DNA of 64,000 nt from positions 1-64,000 of the IMG/VR virus record IMGVR_UViG_3300044506_000032. One strand, given 5' to 3'. Shown here piece by piece: positions 27,646-35,914 of the stretch (position 1 is the stretch's first letter; each line of letters begins with the position of its first letter). The notes beneath the pieces are model-generated. The model saw nothing but the letters and a program-made list of their open reading frames with translations. It had not been told where the DNA came from and ran no database searches. The translations under genes were made by a program, and so were the position numbers. This DNA comes from a virus (taxonomy: Duplodnaviria; Caudoviricetes).

Positions 27646-27846
27646 TCACGCAGCCCGGTCGCCGACCAGCAGGTCTCCGTCCGTGAGCGCGAGAATGCCG
27701 CGATCCAGGTCGATCACGCGGAGAAGTAGGCCGTGCTCGGCGAGGATCTCGGTGGCTCGGCCGCGGAGCTCGACGGGCACGAGGAGCGTGTACTGGTGGT
27801 ACCAGCCGTCGCGGGGACTGCTCCGAAATACGACCTTCTCGGACAT
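27646..27846 (-). CDS. hypothetical protein
   Basis: MSEKVVFRSSPRDGWYHQY... Confidence 0.45.
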   Translation of the reverse strand: MSEKVVFRSSPRDGWYHQYTLLVPVELRGRATEILAEHGLLLRVIDLDRGILALTDGDLLVGDRAA

Positions 27847-27927
27847 GCCAGGAATAACGGTCACAGTCACCGGTGCATGCCCCCAACGCGTGCGACCCCT
27901 GTCACAGGCCACCCCTACCCTGCGCCC

Positions 27928-28473
27928 ATGACATCCTCCGCTGCCGACAGCACCGGCCACTGCTCGAAGTGCGACGCCGGCCCCGAAAGGCTCACCTGGG
28001 GACATTGCCGGGCCTGCTGGGCAGCAGTCGTCAGGAAGCGCGGCGAGCGCATGGGCGCTGGCCCGACCGCCCTGTACCGGCTGTTCAACGAGTGGGGTGA
28101 CCTGCTGTACATCGGCACCACCGTGGATCCCGCCGCCCGCTGGAAGGATCACCGCAAGCGGATGCCCTGGTGGTACCAGGTCGACCACTCCCGCACGCGG
28201 ATCGAGTGGCTCGAGTGCGGCCACGTGGCGGCCCTGCGGCCCGAGCGGGAGGCGATCACCGCTGAACTACCTTGGTACAACCGCGCCGTGTACCAGTTCA
28301 ACGATGACGGCACCGAGGTGTGGCCGAACCTGCCGCCCGGCTGTCCGCCTCAGCCCTGGTACACGCACCGGCCGAAGGCGGAGTACCGGCCGGTGTGGCG
28401 CGAGTGGTTCGTGATCTTCCGCGACTGCATGCTGAACCCGGAGGAACGCTCAGCCCTGGGCCGCCTCGCGTGA
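27928..28473 (+). CDS. GIY-YIG domain protein
   Basis: TALYRLF...LLYIGTT..P..RW..H...WW...E..AI..E.PWYN. Confidence 0.85.
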   Translation: MTSSAADSTGHCSKCDAGPERLTWGHCRACWAAVVRKRGERMGAGPTALYRLFNEWGDLLYIGTTVDPAARWKDHRKRMPWWYQVDHSRTRIEWLECGHVAALRPEREAITAELPWYNRAVYQFNDDGTEVWPNLPPGCPPQPWYTHRPKAEYRPVWREWFVIFRDCMLNPEERSALGRLA

Positions 28474-28597
28474 GGCCGCGTGCGGCCCGTAGGTGGCCGA
28501 ACAGGCGGCGGAGGCAGCCCGGGGCCAACCGGGCCCTGAAAGCGCCTCAGGGGCGCCACCGTGACGCGCGGACGGCTGCCGCGGCCGCCCGCGCCCG

Positions 28598-28837
28598 TCA
28601 CTCCCACTCCGGTCGATGCCGGATAGCAGTGATGGAAGCGAGTGTTCCGCTGACGCTGTCCCCGGCAAGCGAAGTGAACGTGAACCCCGCAACCGCATAC
28701 GGGTCAACCAGGGCTTCGAGGGAATCGGCGGCACCGTAGCGATAGTGCTCGATCTCGAAGGAGCCGGCTTGGACTTCGTGCCAGCCGTCATCAAGCTGCA
28801 CGGCGGTCACCTTCGGGGGCCTGATCTCGATGTTCAT
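28598..28837 (-). CDS. hypothetical protein
   Basis: VTAVQLDDGWHEV...GFTF. Confidence 0.55.
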   Translation of the reverse strand: MNIEIRPPKVTAVQLDDGWHEVQAGSFEIEHYRYGAADSLEALVDPYAVAGFTFTSLAGDSVSGTLASITAIRHRPEWE

Positions 28838-28961
28838 GCGGCACATCCTGCCGCGTTGCGCCCGAGAGCCGCGGCGGATTCGCAATCACACGCCCGAGCT
28901 GCTAAAGGAAGCGCCCCCGGGAGCCGATGCCTGAGTGAGGATCTCTGCCGAGGAGAGGCGC

Positions 28962-29240
28962 ATGCAGCTGAAGCTGACCGACCTGGTGGGTCGCGAGATC
29001 ACGCTCGACGACGAGGACGAGGAGTGGAGGGAAAGCAATCCCTATATCTACCGAGACCGCCGGACGTACTACCGCGGCCGGGTCCTCGCCGTTCAGGTGG
29101 CCAACCCGCCGTCCTTGACCATCCTCAACGCCCGAACCCAGCGGGAACTCAAGCTCAACCCGGATAACTGGACGATCAGGGACGCCGTGACAGACGAACT
29201 CCTCACGCCGCTGGGCGACCTCGACCCGCGCCCCGCCTAG
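28962..29240 (+). CDS. hypothetical protein
   Basis: GAGGAG RBS. Confidence 0.65.
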   Translation: MQLKLTDLVGREITLDDEDEEWRESNPYIYRDRRTYYRGRVLAVQVANPPSLTILNARTQRELKLNPDNWTIRDAVTDELLTPLGDLDPRPA

Positions 29241-29311
29241 CTCGGCTCGTCGCAGTGGGCGGGTGTGCCGCGCAGTGGCAGACACGCGGCACACCCCGGG
29301 GCGGTCGGTTG

Positions 29312-30112
29312 CTACGCCGCGTCCGTGAAGCAGCCGCAGCCACCCCAGTCGTCGCGGTCGAAGAGAGACGGCTGGCGGTCGTTGCCAGCCTCGATGCGCT
29401 GACGGAGCGCGGTGAGCGTGAGCGGCTTGGTGTCGCCGCCGGTGCGGTCGCGCAGGATGCTGACGTCCTTGCCGAGCTTCGCCCGCATCCGCTCCTCGAA
29501 CGCCTCGGCCTTCGCGTACCGGGCAGGGAAGACGGCCAGCAGCTGCGCCCACTGCGCCTGACCGCCCTTGACGCATGCACCGCCGCAATTGTTGTGCTCG
29601 AAGCCGAGTTCGTACAGGCGAGGCCGGCGGATGCCAACACTCCTGGCCTCGGCGAAGAGGTCGTGCTTGTCGCGGTACGGGGGTCGGGTGAGCGGAAAGT
29701 CGACGGTCCAGGGCGCCCAGCCGGCGACGATGCCGGGGATGCGGTGGGTTTCGGTCCAGTCGATGCCGACGTGCAGTGTGGTGTCGGCGGGGTCGGTGTT
29801 GGCGGTCAGCCAGGCCCGGCATGGGTCCTGCTTCAGCGCGTGGGAGCACTGGGCGATGCGGGTGTTCCCGATCCACTGCTTGTCTTCGAACACCTGCCAG
29901 GGGTCGCGTTCGGCGGCGTCGGCGACGCGGACGATCTGCATGCCGAGCTGGGCGCTGGCCTCGGCGTTGAACCGGTGGAGGTCTTCGTCCTCGGCGTTGG
30001 TGTCGGCAAAGAGCAGGGTGGTGCTGTCGGTGCCGTGCTCTTCGATGACGTGGCGGGCGGTGGCCCAGCTGGTGATGCCGCCGGACCACATCACGACGTG
30101 TCGGGTGGTCAT
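29312..30112 (-). CDS. PAPS-reductase-like / adenine nucleotide alpha-hydrolase family protein
   Basis: PP-loop-like WSGGITS, FADT..EDED, CS..LK, HNNCGGACVKGG, C-terminal GGCGCF. Confidence 0.85.
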   Translation of the reverse strand: MTTRHVVMWSGGITSWATARHVIEEHGTDSTTLLFADTNAEDEDLHRFNAEASAQLGMQIVRVADAAERDPWQVFEDKQWIGNTRIAQCSHALKQDPCRAWLTANTDPADTTLHVGIDWTETHRIPGIVAGWAPWTVDFPLTRPPYRDKHDLFAEARSVGIRRPRLYELGFEHNNCGGACVKGGQAQWAQLLAVFPARYAKAEAFEERMRAKLGKDVSILRDRTGGDTKPLTLTALRQRIEAGNDRQPSLFDRDDWGGCGCFTDAA

Positions 30113-30218
30113 GTGGTGCGCCTGCTTTCAGGTGGTTTGTGGCTAATTGTCCCGCATTTTTGGGCGTGCAGGTAGGGCCATGGCGTGCCAACTTGGCTGG
30201 CCAGGGGCGGAGTTCGGC

Positions 30219-31616
30219 TCAGCTGGGCTCTTCATCGCGGGTGAAGTCGACGAATTTCGAGTAGTGCAGCAGAGCGCCCACGGTGATCGTGGCCGTCGGC
30301 CCGTTGCGGTGCTTGCCAACGATCAGGTCAGCCTCGCCGGAGCGCGCGGACTCCTTGTCGTAGGCGTCCTCGCGGTGCAGCAGGATGACCATGTCGGCGT
30401 CCTGCTCGATCGAGCCCGACTCACGCAGGTCAGAGACCACGGGCTTCTTGTCGGCGCGCTGCTCCGGCCCGCGGTTCAGCTGCGACAAGGCGACCACCGG
30501 CACGCCGAGTTCCTTCGCGAGGTTCTTCAGCCCGCGGGAGATGTCCGACACCTCGAGCTGCCGCGTCTCCGCCTTCCCCGCGCCCGAGGACATGAGCTGC
30601 AAGTAGTCGACGACGATCAGCCCGAGCTTGTGCTTCTGCGCGAGCCGCCGGGCCTTCGTACGGATGTCCATCCCGGTCAGGTTCGACGACGTGTCGATGT
30701 ACAGCGGCGCCGCGGTGATGTCCGGGATGCGGTGGGCGATCCGGGTCCACTCGTCGTCGCTCAGCTCGCCCTTGCGGATGTGGCTCAGGTTGACGCGGGC
30801 TTCAGCGGACAGGAGCCGGTCCTGGATGTCGGTGCGGTCCATCTCCAGCGAGAAGACCAAGGTCGGCAGCTTCTGCTGGATACCTACGGCCCGCACGAAG
30901 TCGATGGCCAACGTCGACTTACCCATCGCCGGACGCGCCGCGATCACAATCATCTGACCGGGCCGCAGACCGCCCGTCAACGCGTCCAGGTCCGCAAACC
31001 CGGTGGACACGCCCACAAGCTTGCCCTTGCGCTGCGCCCGCTGCTCCAACTCGTCCAGGTGCGGCTCCATCGTGTCCGCGACCAGCAGCATCTCCTCCTC
31101 CGCGCGCTGATCGGCGACGGTGAACAGCTCCGACTGGGCGGCGTCCACGATCTCGGCAACCTCACCCTCGCCTGCGAGCGCCATCCCCTTGATCCGGTCC
31201 CCGGCCTGGGCCAGCCGGCGAAGCACGGCCTGCTCGTGAACGATCGTCGCGAAGTACTCGGCGTTCGCCGCGGCCGGAGTCGCCTGGACACAGCCGTGCA
31301 GGTAGCCGGGGCCGCCGGCCCGCACCAGGTCGCCCCGCTTCTCCAACTCGCTGGCCACCGTGATCGGGTCGATCGGCTTGTCGGCGGTGAACAAGCGGAC
31401 GATCGCCATGTGGATCGTCTCGTGCCCACGCCGGAAGTAGTCCCGCGGCTTGAGGGTGCCGCAGACGTCCCCGATGACGTCGCGGTCGAGCATCATCGCG
31501 CCGAGGACGGCCTGTTCGGCTGCGAGGTCGTGCTTGCCGTTGTCGGGGATGGTCTGGCCGTCGGGGCCCTGCTCGTTCGGGTCTTCGGCGGGGGGTTCGA
31601 CGAGGTACACGGGCAC
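30219..31616 (-). CDS. dnaB: replicative DNA helicase DnaB
   Basis: HDLAAEQAVLG, IAARPAMGKS, VVDYLQLM, LSQLNR, DLRESGSIEQDAD, KHRNGPT; no intein. Confidence 0.97.
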   Translation of the reverse strand: MPVYLVEPPAEDPNEQGPDGQTIPDNGKHDLAAEQAVLGAMMLDRDVIGDVCGTLKPRDYFRRGHETIHMAIVRLFTADKPIDPITVASELEKRGDLVRAGGPGYLHGCVQATPAAANAEYFATIVHEQAVLRRLAQAGDRIKGMALAGEGEVAEIVDAAQSELFTVADQRAEEEMLLVADTMEPHLDELEQRAQRKGKLVGVSTGFADLDALTGGLRPGQMIVIAARPAMGKSTLAIDFVRAVGIQQKLPTLVFSLEMDRTDIQDRLLSAEARVNLSHIRKGELSDDEWTRIAHRIPDITAAPLYIDTSSNLTGMDIRTKARRLAQKHKLGLIVVDYLQLMSSGAGKAETRQLEVSDISRGLKNLAKELGVPVVALSQLNRGPEQRADKKPVVSDLRESGSIEQDADMVILLHREDAYDKESARSGEADLIVGKHRNGPTATITVGALLHYSKFVDFTRDEEPS

Positions 31617-31633
31617 GTGGGTCTCCTGGGTGG

Positions 31634-32611
31634 TCAGGCCGCGGCGGGTGCGGCGTCGGGGTGGCATTCGGTGCAGCGGCGTCCGTCGCGGGCGCGCCAG
31701 TGCTTGTTCTTCGCGGCGGCCGGGTTCTCGGCCAGGCAGGCCGGGCAGGCGGGCGGGAGCAGGCTGGGCGGGCGGTACACGGTCGCGTAGGGCAGCAGGT
31801 TCGGGATGCGCTTCTTGGCGAGGATCTCGGCGGGGTTGTTCATGCCGCCGGGGTTGGTGCAGATCGCCGCGGCGAGTTGGTCGTTGATGGGCCAGCCGAG
31901 CCGGTTGGCGGTCTCGGCGAGTTGGGGGGCGATGGCGGCTGCGTCGGCTGGGCCGAGGGTCCAGGGTGCGGGGAGCCGGCTGAGGAGCAGCTGTGCGCGG
32001 TTGATGTTGGGGTCTGCGGAGCTTCCTCCTCCTCCGTGGTTGCCGGTCGTGGGGGCGGTTCGCTGAGGAGGGAGGGGAGGAGGAGGTTCTACTGACGGTT
32101 CAATGACGGTTTGGCGGACGCCCACGTCCCCCCGCTGTGACGTGGACGTCCCCCCGCTCGTGACGTCCACGTCCGCCCGGACGTCGGCGTCCCCCCGGAC
32201 GTCCACGTCCGCCCGCGTGTCACCTGAGCTGGGCTTTCGCCGTCCGCCTCGCGCACGGGAGGACGCCAGCGTCCGGGCGGACGCCCGCGTCCCCTCGTCG
32301 TCGCCCGCGCGACCACCTGGAACCTTCAGTTCTATCGCCAGGTCGTAGACCTCCGGGCGCTTGTCCGACGGCAGGTGAGCCGTCTTCGACGGGTCCCCGG
32401 GGCGGATCAGCTTGAGCTCGGCCAGGTCCCGAAGATCCCGCCGCACGGACCGCTCGGACTTGCAGGTGTAGGCCGCCAGGGTGGCGAGCGACGGGAACGC
32501 GCCGCGCCCCTTGCTGTCGGCGTGGTTGGCGAGGCCGGCGAGCGTGGCAACGAGCTGGGCGGGCATCGGCGGCGCGTACTTGATGGCCCACTCGATGGCC
32601 TCGATGCTCAT
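31634..32611 (-). CDS. phage replication initiator (N-terminal HTH, replisome-organizer type)
   Basis: LANHAD..G..FPSLATLA..T..SERSVRRDL; internal repeats; directly upstream of dnaB. Confidence 0.85.
   Translation of the reverse strand: MSIEAIEWAIKYAPPMPAQLVATLAGLANHADSKGRGAFPSLATLAAYTCKSERSVRRDLRDLAELKLIRPGDPSKTAHLPSDKRPEVYDLAIELKVPGGRAGDDEGTRASARTLASSRARGGRRKPSSGDTRADVDVRGDADVRADVDVTSGGTSTSQRGDVGVRQTVIEPSVEPPPPLPPQRTAPTTGNHGGGGSSADPNINRAQLLLSRLPAPWTLGPADAAAIAPQLAETANRLGWPINDQLAAAICTNPGGMNNPAEILAKKRIPNLLPYATVYRPPSLLPPACPACLAENPAAAKNKHWRARDGRRCTECHPDAAPAAA
32115..32295. repeat. iteron-like repeats inside the initiator gene
   Basis: GACGTCCACGTCCGCCCG x2, ACGTCCCCCCGCT x2, many RCGTCC units. 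Confidence 0.75.
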
Positions 32612-32684
32612 GTGAGCTGACTCGATTCGTCGTGCGAATGGATGCAGGGTGCTGCGCCCGACGTTGGCCGGGCGCAGCGGGGCC

Positions 32685-32867
32685 TCAGTGGCTGGCAGGC
32701 GGGGTGTTCGGGACCGCGGGCGGGTTGCCGGTGACGACGTGCGTCTTCGTGGGCGGCTCGTAGCCGGTCTGCACGTTGGTGTAGCCGAGCTGCTTGGCGG
32801 TCTCGGCCGCGTGCACGGTCGTCGAGGCGGCGCCCGGGGTGCTCGCGGTGATCCGGAAGATGGCCAT
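32685..32867 (-). CDS. hypothetical protein
   Basis: Coupled (TGATG). Confidence 0.55.
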   Translation of the reverse strand: MAIFRITASTPGAASTTVHAAETAKQLGYTNVQTGYEPPTKTHVVTGNPPAVPNTPPASH

Positions 32868-33052
32868 CAGCCGGCCGCCTTCTGTCCGAGGGCGCGGGCG
32901 AGGAGACCGCCGAGGAGGTGCTCGCCGAGCCGGTCGAAGCGGTTGCGGGCGACGGTACGGTCGAGGAGGATCTGCTGGACGCTCAGGCGCGGCGGGGTGG
33001 CGGTGCGGCCGATCGCGGCGTTCTCGGTCGGCCGGGAGACGAGGGCGCTCAC
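32867..33052 (-). CDS. hypothetical protein
   Basis: GGAGG RBS; coupled. Confidence 0.55.
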   Translation of the reverse strand: MSALVSRPTENAAIGRTATPPRLSVQQILLDRTVARNRFDRLGEHLLGGLLARALGQKAAG

Positions 33053-33402
33053 TGCTGGGCCTCCCACTTGCGCTGGGCGGCGGCGAGCTGCGCAACCTGC
33101 TTCTCCAGCCCGGCGAGGAAGTCCCGGAGGCCGGCGATGTGCTGGTCCAGCTCGTGGAGGTTCAGGTCGCCATCGAACGGGCCGTACGAGACGGACAGGC
33201 GCGGCTGGGTTTCGGGGGCGCCGTCCTCGCAAGAGAACAGCTGCGCCGAGGCGAGGGCGTACGGGCTCTCCGACGGTCGGACCGCGGGGATCATGTTCTC
33301 GCGACCCCAGTGCATATCGTGGATGCCCGCCTCGGCGCACTGGCCGTCCAAGCGGGGGCAGTCGGCGGGGTGGGTAGTGCCAGAGGCAGCAGTAGCTGTC
33401 AT
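33049..33402 (-). CDS. hypothetical protein (DUF6907-like)
   Basis: CP...C...H.G...LD..IAGLRDF..LE. Confidence 0.6.
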   Translation of the reverse strand: MTATAASGTTHPADCPRLDGQCAEAGIHDMHWGRENMIPAVRPSESPYALASAQLFSCEDGAPETQPRLSVSYGPFDGDLNLHELDQHIAGLRDFLAGLEKQVAQLAAAQRKWEAQQ

Positions 33403-33510
33403 GATGGAGACGTCTCCAATCTGCACGCGCCTCGGTTACCAGGCCATTTGCGCGTGCGGTGTGATGGATGATTCGAGGGCTCGGTGTTGACGCACCGGGC
33501 CCTTGGTCGT

Positions 33511-33759
33511 TCAGGCGGCGAGCGCCTGGCCGGTCTCGATCGAGACGAGGTCTTCGACCGTCAGGTTGTAGGCGCGGGCGAGGCAGAGCGCGGTCTTGAG
33601 GTCGGGGCCGTTGATGCGTCGGTGCACGCGGGAGACGACCGCGATGTCGATGCCGGCTCGCCTGCCGATGCGGGTGTAGCTCAGGTCGCCGTCGGGCTTG
33701 ACGTCCCCGGCCGCGGTTGCGGCGCTGTGCAGGGCGTCGGCGTTGAAGGTGAGGGTCAT
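33511..33759 (-). CDS. Cro-like XRE HTH protein
   Basis: LSYTRIGRRAGIDIAVVSRV...GPDLKTALCLARAY; divergent from the repressor. Confidence 0.85.
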   Translation of the reverse strand: MTLTFNADALHSAATAAGDVKPDGDLSYTRIGRRAGIDIAVVSRVHRRINGPDLKTALCLARAYNLTVEDLVSIETGQALAA

Positions 33760-33779
33760 GGGTTTCCCTGGGCGTGAGT

Positions 33780-33870
33780 GGGTGAGGGCTGCACAGCGTT
33801 CCTTGTGCTACCCCAAGGATGGCAGATTCCTTGGGCGTGCACAACTAGTTGTGCATCCACAATCCACTGA
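33780..33870. promoter_or_regulatory. immunity (lysis/lysogeny) control region
   Basis: Perfect 18-bp palindrome TGCACAACTAGTTGTGCA (33838-33855); CCCAAGGA-N8-TCCTTGGG (33812-33835); minus-strand TTGTGC-N17-CATCCT. Confidence 0.75.
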
Positions 33871-33954
33871 TGGGTCGCAGCAAAGCCCCGCCCACCCGTT
33901 CCATGTCCGCGCACAAACAAGCCGCTATGATGACCGAGCCCAGCCCGCGCAGCC

Positions 33955-34371
33955 TTGGAGGCCACCTTGGACACGACCCCCGCAGGCTTCGGCAAATGGC
34001 TTCGTGCCCGCGCCGCCGAAGCCGGCTTTGACCCAGACGTTCGCGGCAGCCTGTCCGCCCTTGCGACCGCAGCCGGCACAGACCTCGGCCAGACCAGCCG
34101 CGCCCTCCAAGGAAAGATCATCCCCAGCGTCGAGACCCTGCGGGCGTTCGCAGGCCCACTGGGTACCGAGATGACCGAGATGCTCATTCGCTCAGGCAGG
34201 CTGGAGCCAGACGACCTCCCCCGGGGAACCGTCGTGATCAGTGAAACCGCCGACGTGGCCGCGATTGCCGAGCAGTACGGCGTCCCAGCCGAGCAGCGGG
34301 ACCTTTTCGGCCGGCTCGTCGAGGCCGTAGCGCAGCAGCTCGCAACAACCCCGAACCCGACTGGCGAGTAG
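33955..34371 (+). CDS. XRE-family immunity repressor
   Basis: FGKWLRAR...LSALATAAGTDLGQTSRALQG...PSVETLRAFA...EMLIRSG. Confidence 0.85.
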   Translation: MEATLDTTPAGFGKWLRARAAEAGFDPDVRGSLSALATAAGTDLGQTSRALQGKIIPSVETLRAFAGPLGTEMTEMLIRSGRLEPDDLPRGTVVISETADVAAIAEQYGVPAEQRDLFGRLVEAVAQQLATTPNPTGE

Positions 34372-34588
34372 CGTTACAGCTCGGCAACTCCCCCGCGCGG
34401 CAGGCTGATCGCTGTCACGCTGCTCCCATCTCGATGCCAGGCGACTGGGAGGCGATGGGTGTGCGCATAGGGCTTGGTTTCGGCTTCGGCCCACTGAGGA
34501 TCTTCATTCCGCTCTCCCGAGGCCGTAGGCGCCGTAGGCGACGTCGAGCCACCGCCAGGCGCCGCCGGTAGCTCACCGCCCGAGTGGA

Positions 34589-34757
34589 GCAGGTGCGGAA
34601 TTCCGTACCTGCTTGGCCCTGAACATCCCGGATCCGGGATGTTCCTCCAGGCCGACCCGAGATCCCGAATTCGGGATGTTCCCCGTGGGCTACGCCCGTC
34701 GGCGCCTGGACGGCCGCGACCACCTACCGAATTCGGCACCTGATTCGGTAGGTGGTC
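34589..34757. repeat. array of four palindromes centred on GAATTC/GGATCC
   Basis: 34589-34612, 34621-34644 (perfect 24 bp), 34662-34677, 34718-34757. Confidence 0.8.
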
Positions 34758-34853
34758 CTCCCGTGAGCACGTCGCTGCGCTACCGTTACGACAGTCGGGC
34801 CTGCGGCCCGGCCGCTTGTGAACGCTGCCCCTCAGCGCAGACCAGGAGAACTG

Positions 34854-35144
34854 ATGAGCGAGACCGTCGCCCCCTGGACGATCCAGCGGATCACCGACGC
34901 CCTCGGCAGCCCCGCGGTCCGGCAGCGCTTCCTCGGCGAGCTCAACAGGGCGCAGATCCACGAGATCACCGGGGTCTTCGCGAAGTGGCAGGGCATCGCC
35001 GAGCAACTCCTTCACGCTGTCGAACGCGCGCACGAATTCCGGGCGGCTGAGCTGGCCGGCGAGCCGATCCCCGGAGACTGGGTCGACATGACCGATCAGA
35101 TCCGCGAGTGGGCAGGACAAGCCCAAGCCCGCGGTGCCGCCTGA
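34854..35144 (+). CDS. DUF6247-like protein, putative antitoxin
   Basis: WTIQRITDALG.P..RQRFL.E.NRA; AGGAG RBS. Confidence 0.6.
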   Translation: MSETVAPWTIQRITDALGSPAVRQRFLGELNRAQIHEITGVFAKWQGIAEQLLHAVERAHEFRAAELAGEPIPGDWVDMTDQIREWAGQAQARGAA

Positions 35145-35243
35145 TTCTGCGAACCGCCCACCCGCGTCACCGTGAGCGACTAGCCTGTCGCGAGTCGTAC
35201 CCATAGAGCGCCATACGGCGCTGCCGAGCACACGGGACAGCGG

Positions 35244-35492
35244 ATGAGTTACGACCTGCACCTCGACTTTGAGACCCGCACTGTCCTCGGTGACCTGCCG
35301 TCGGCGATCCGCGGCGCGATCTCTGCTGCGTTGATCGATGCGTGTGATGACCCGATCGCGGCGACGCAGCCGCATGGGGAAGTGGACGACGGCATCATGC
35401 GGGACCTGGTCGTCGGCGGCGTGATCGTCGTGGTGTACCTGGGCCATGCGACGAAGGTGATGTCCGTGTTCCAGATCACCGCGCTTACCTGA
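35244..35492 (+). CDS. RelE/ParE-like small protein, putative toxin
   Basis: Helix-hairpin then beta sheet layout (IVVVYLGHATKVMSVFQI); function inferred. Confidence 0.5.
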   Translation: MSYDLHLDFETRTVLGDLPSAIRGAISAALIDACDDPIAATQPHGEVDDGIMRDLVVGGVIVVVYLGHATKVMSVFQITALT

Positions 35493-35542
35493 CCTGCGAG
35501 CCTCCCGGCGCTCTGTCACTGGCCGGCCCTACGATCGGACAC

Positions 35543-35860
35543 ATGTCCGACCTGCCTGATGACCTGATCCAGTTCCAGCGCGCGATCGACGCGGCCCGTG
35601 CCGCGGTCGACGAGTACGCCGCCAAGATCTCTGCCGAGCGGCGCGCCGAGTTCCCCGATGACGAGCAGATCGTCGAACGGCAGACCTGGGCGCCGGAGCA
35701 GGACGCCGAGCTCGACCGGCTTCGCGCCGCCTACATGGCCGCGTGCCGCGCCAAGTGGGACCACCCAGCGGTCGTGTAGGCGGAGGCCGAGAAGACCCTC
35801 CGCGAGCTCGACAAGAAGCTGATCGCCGCCGCGCGCGCCGAGCAGCCGGCCGCCGGCTGA
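35543..35860 (+). pseudogene. hypothetical gene with an internal in-frame TAG at 35777-35779
   Basis: Frame continues AEAEKTLRELDKKLIAAARAEQPAAG* with high-GC3 codons up to the terminator. Confidence 0.55.
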
Positions 35861-35875
35861 CCCCAGACACGACGA

Positions 35876-35904
35876 AGGGCGCCCACCATCGCGGTGGGCG
35901 CCCT
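35876..35904. terminator. bidirectional terminator
   Basis: 12-bp stem AGGGCGCCCACC/GGTGGGCGCCCT plus CTTTG. Confidence 0.75.
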
Positions 35905-35914
35905 CTTTGCTTGC

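Noticed and set aside
30160-30170. TTGGGCGTGCA shared with 33831-33841 as a second repressor operator
   Set aside because: Only 11 bp, not palindromic at 30160 and plausibly chance in GC-rich DNA
30219-31616. Intein in DnaB (also checked the terminase at 52337-53623)
   Set aside because: Lengths are normal, motifs are contiguous and there are no C...HN splice motifs
34589-34757. CRISPR array
   Set aside because: The palindromes are not identical repeats, spacing is irregular and there are no cas genes; the exonuclease at 1254 is a phage recombination nuclease in context
34374-35519. 381-aa minus-strand ORF across the palindrome array
   Set aside because: It overlaps two better-supported plus-strand genes, has non-Streptomyces-like codon usage and no domain signal
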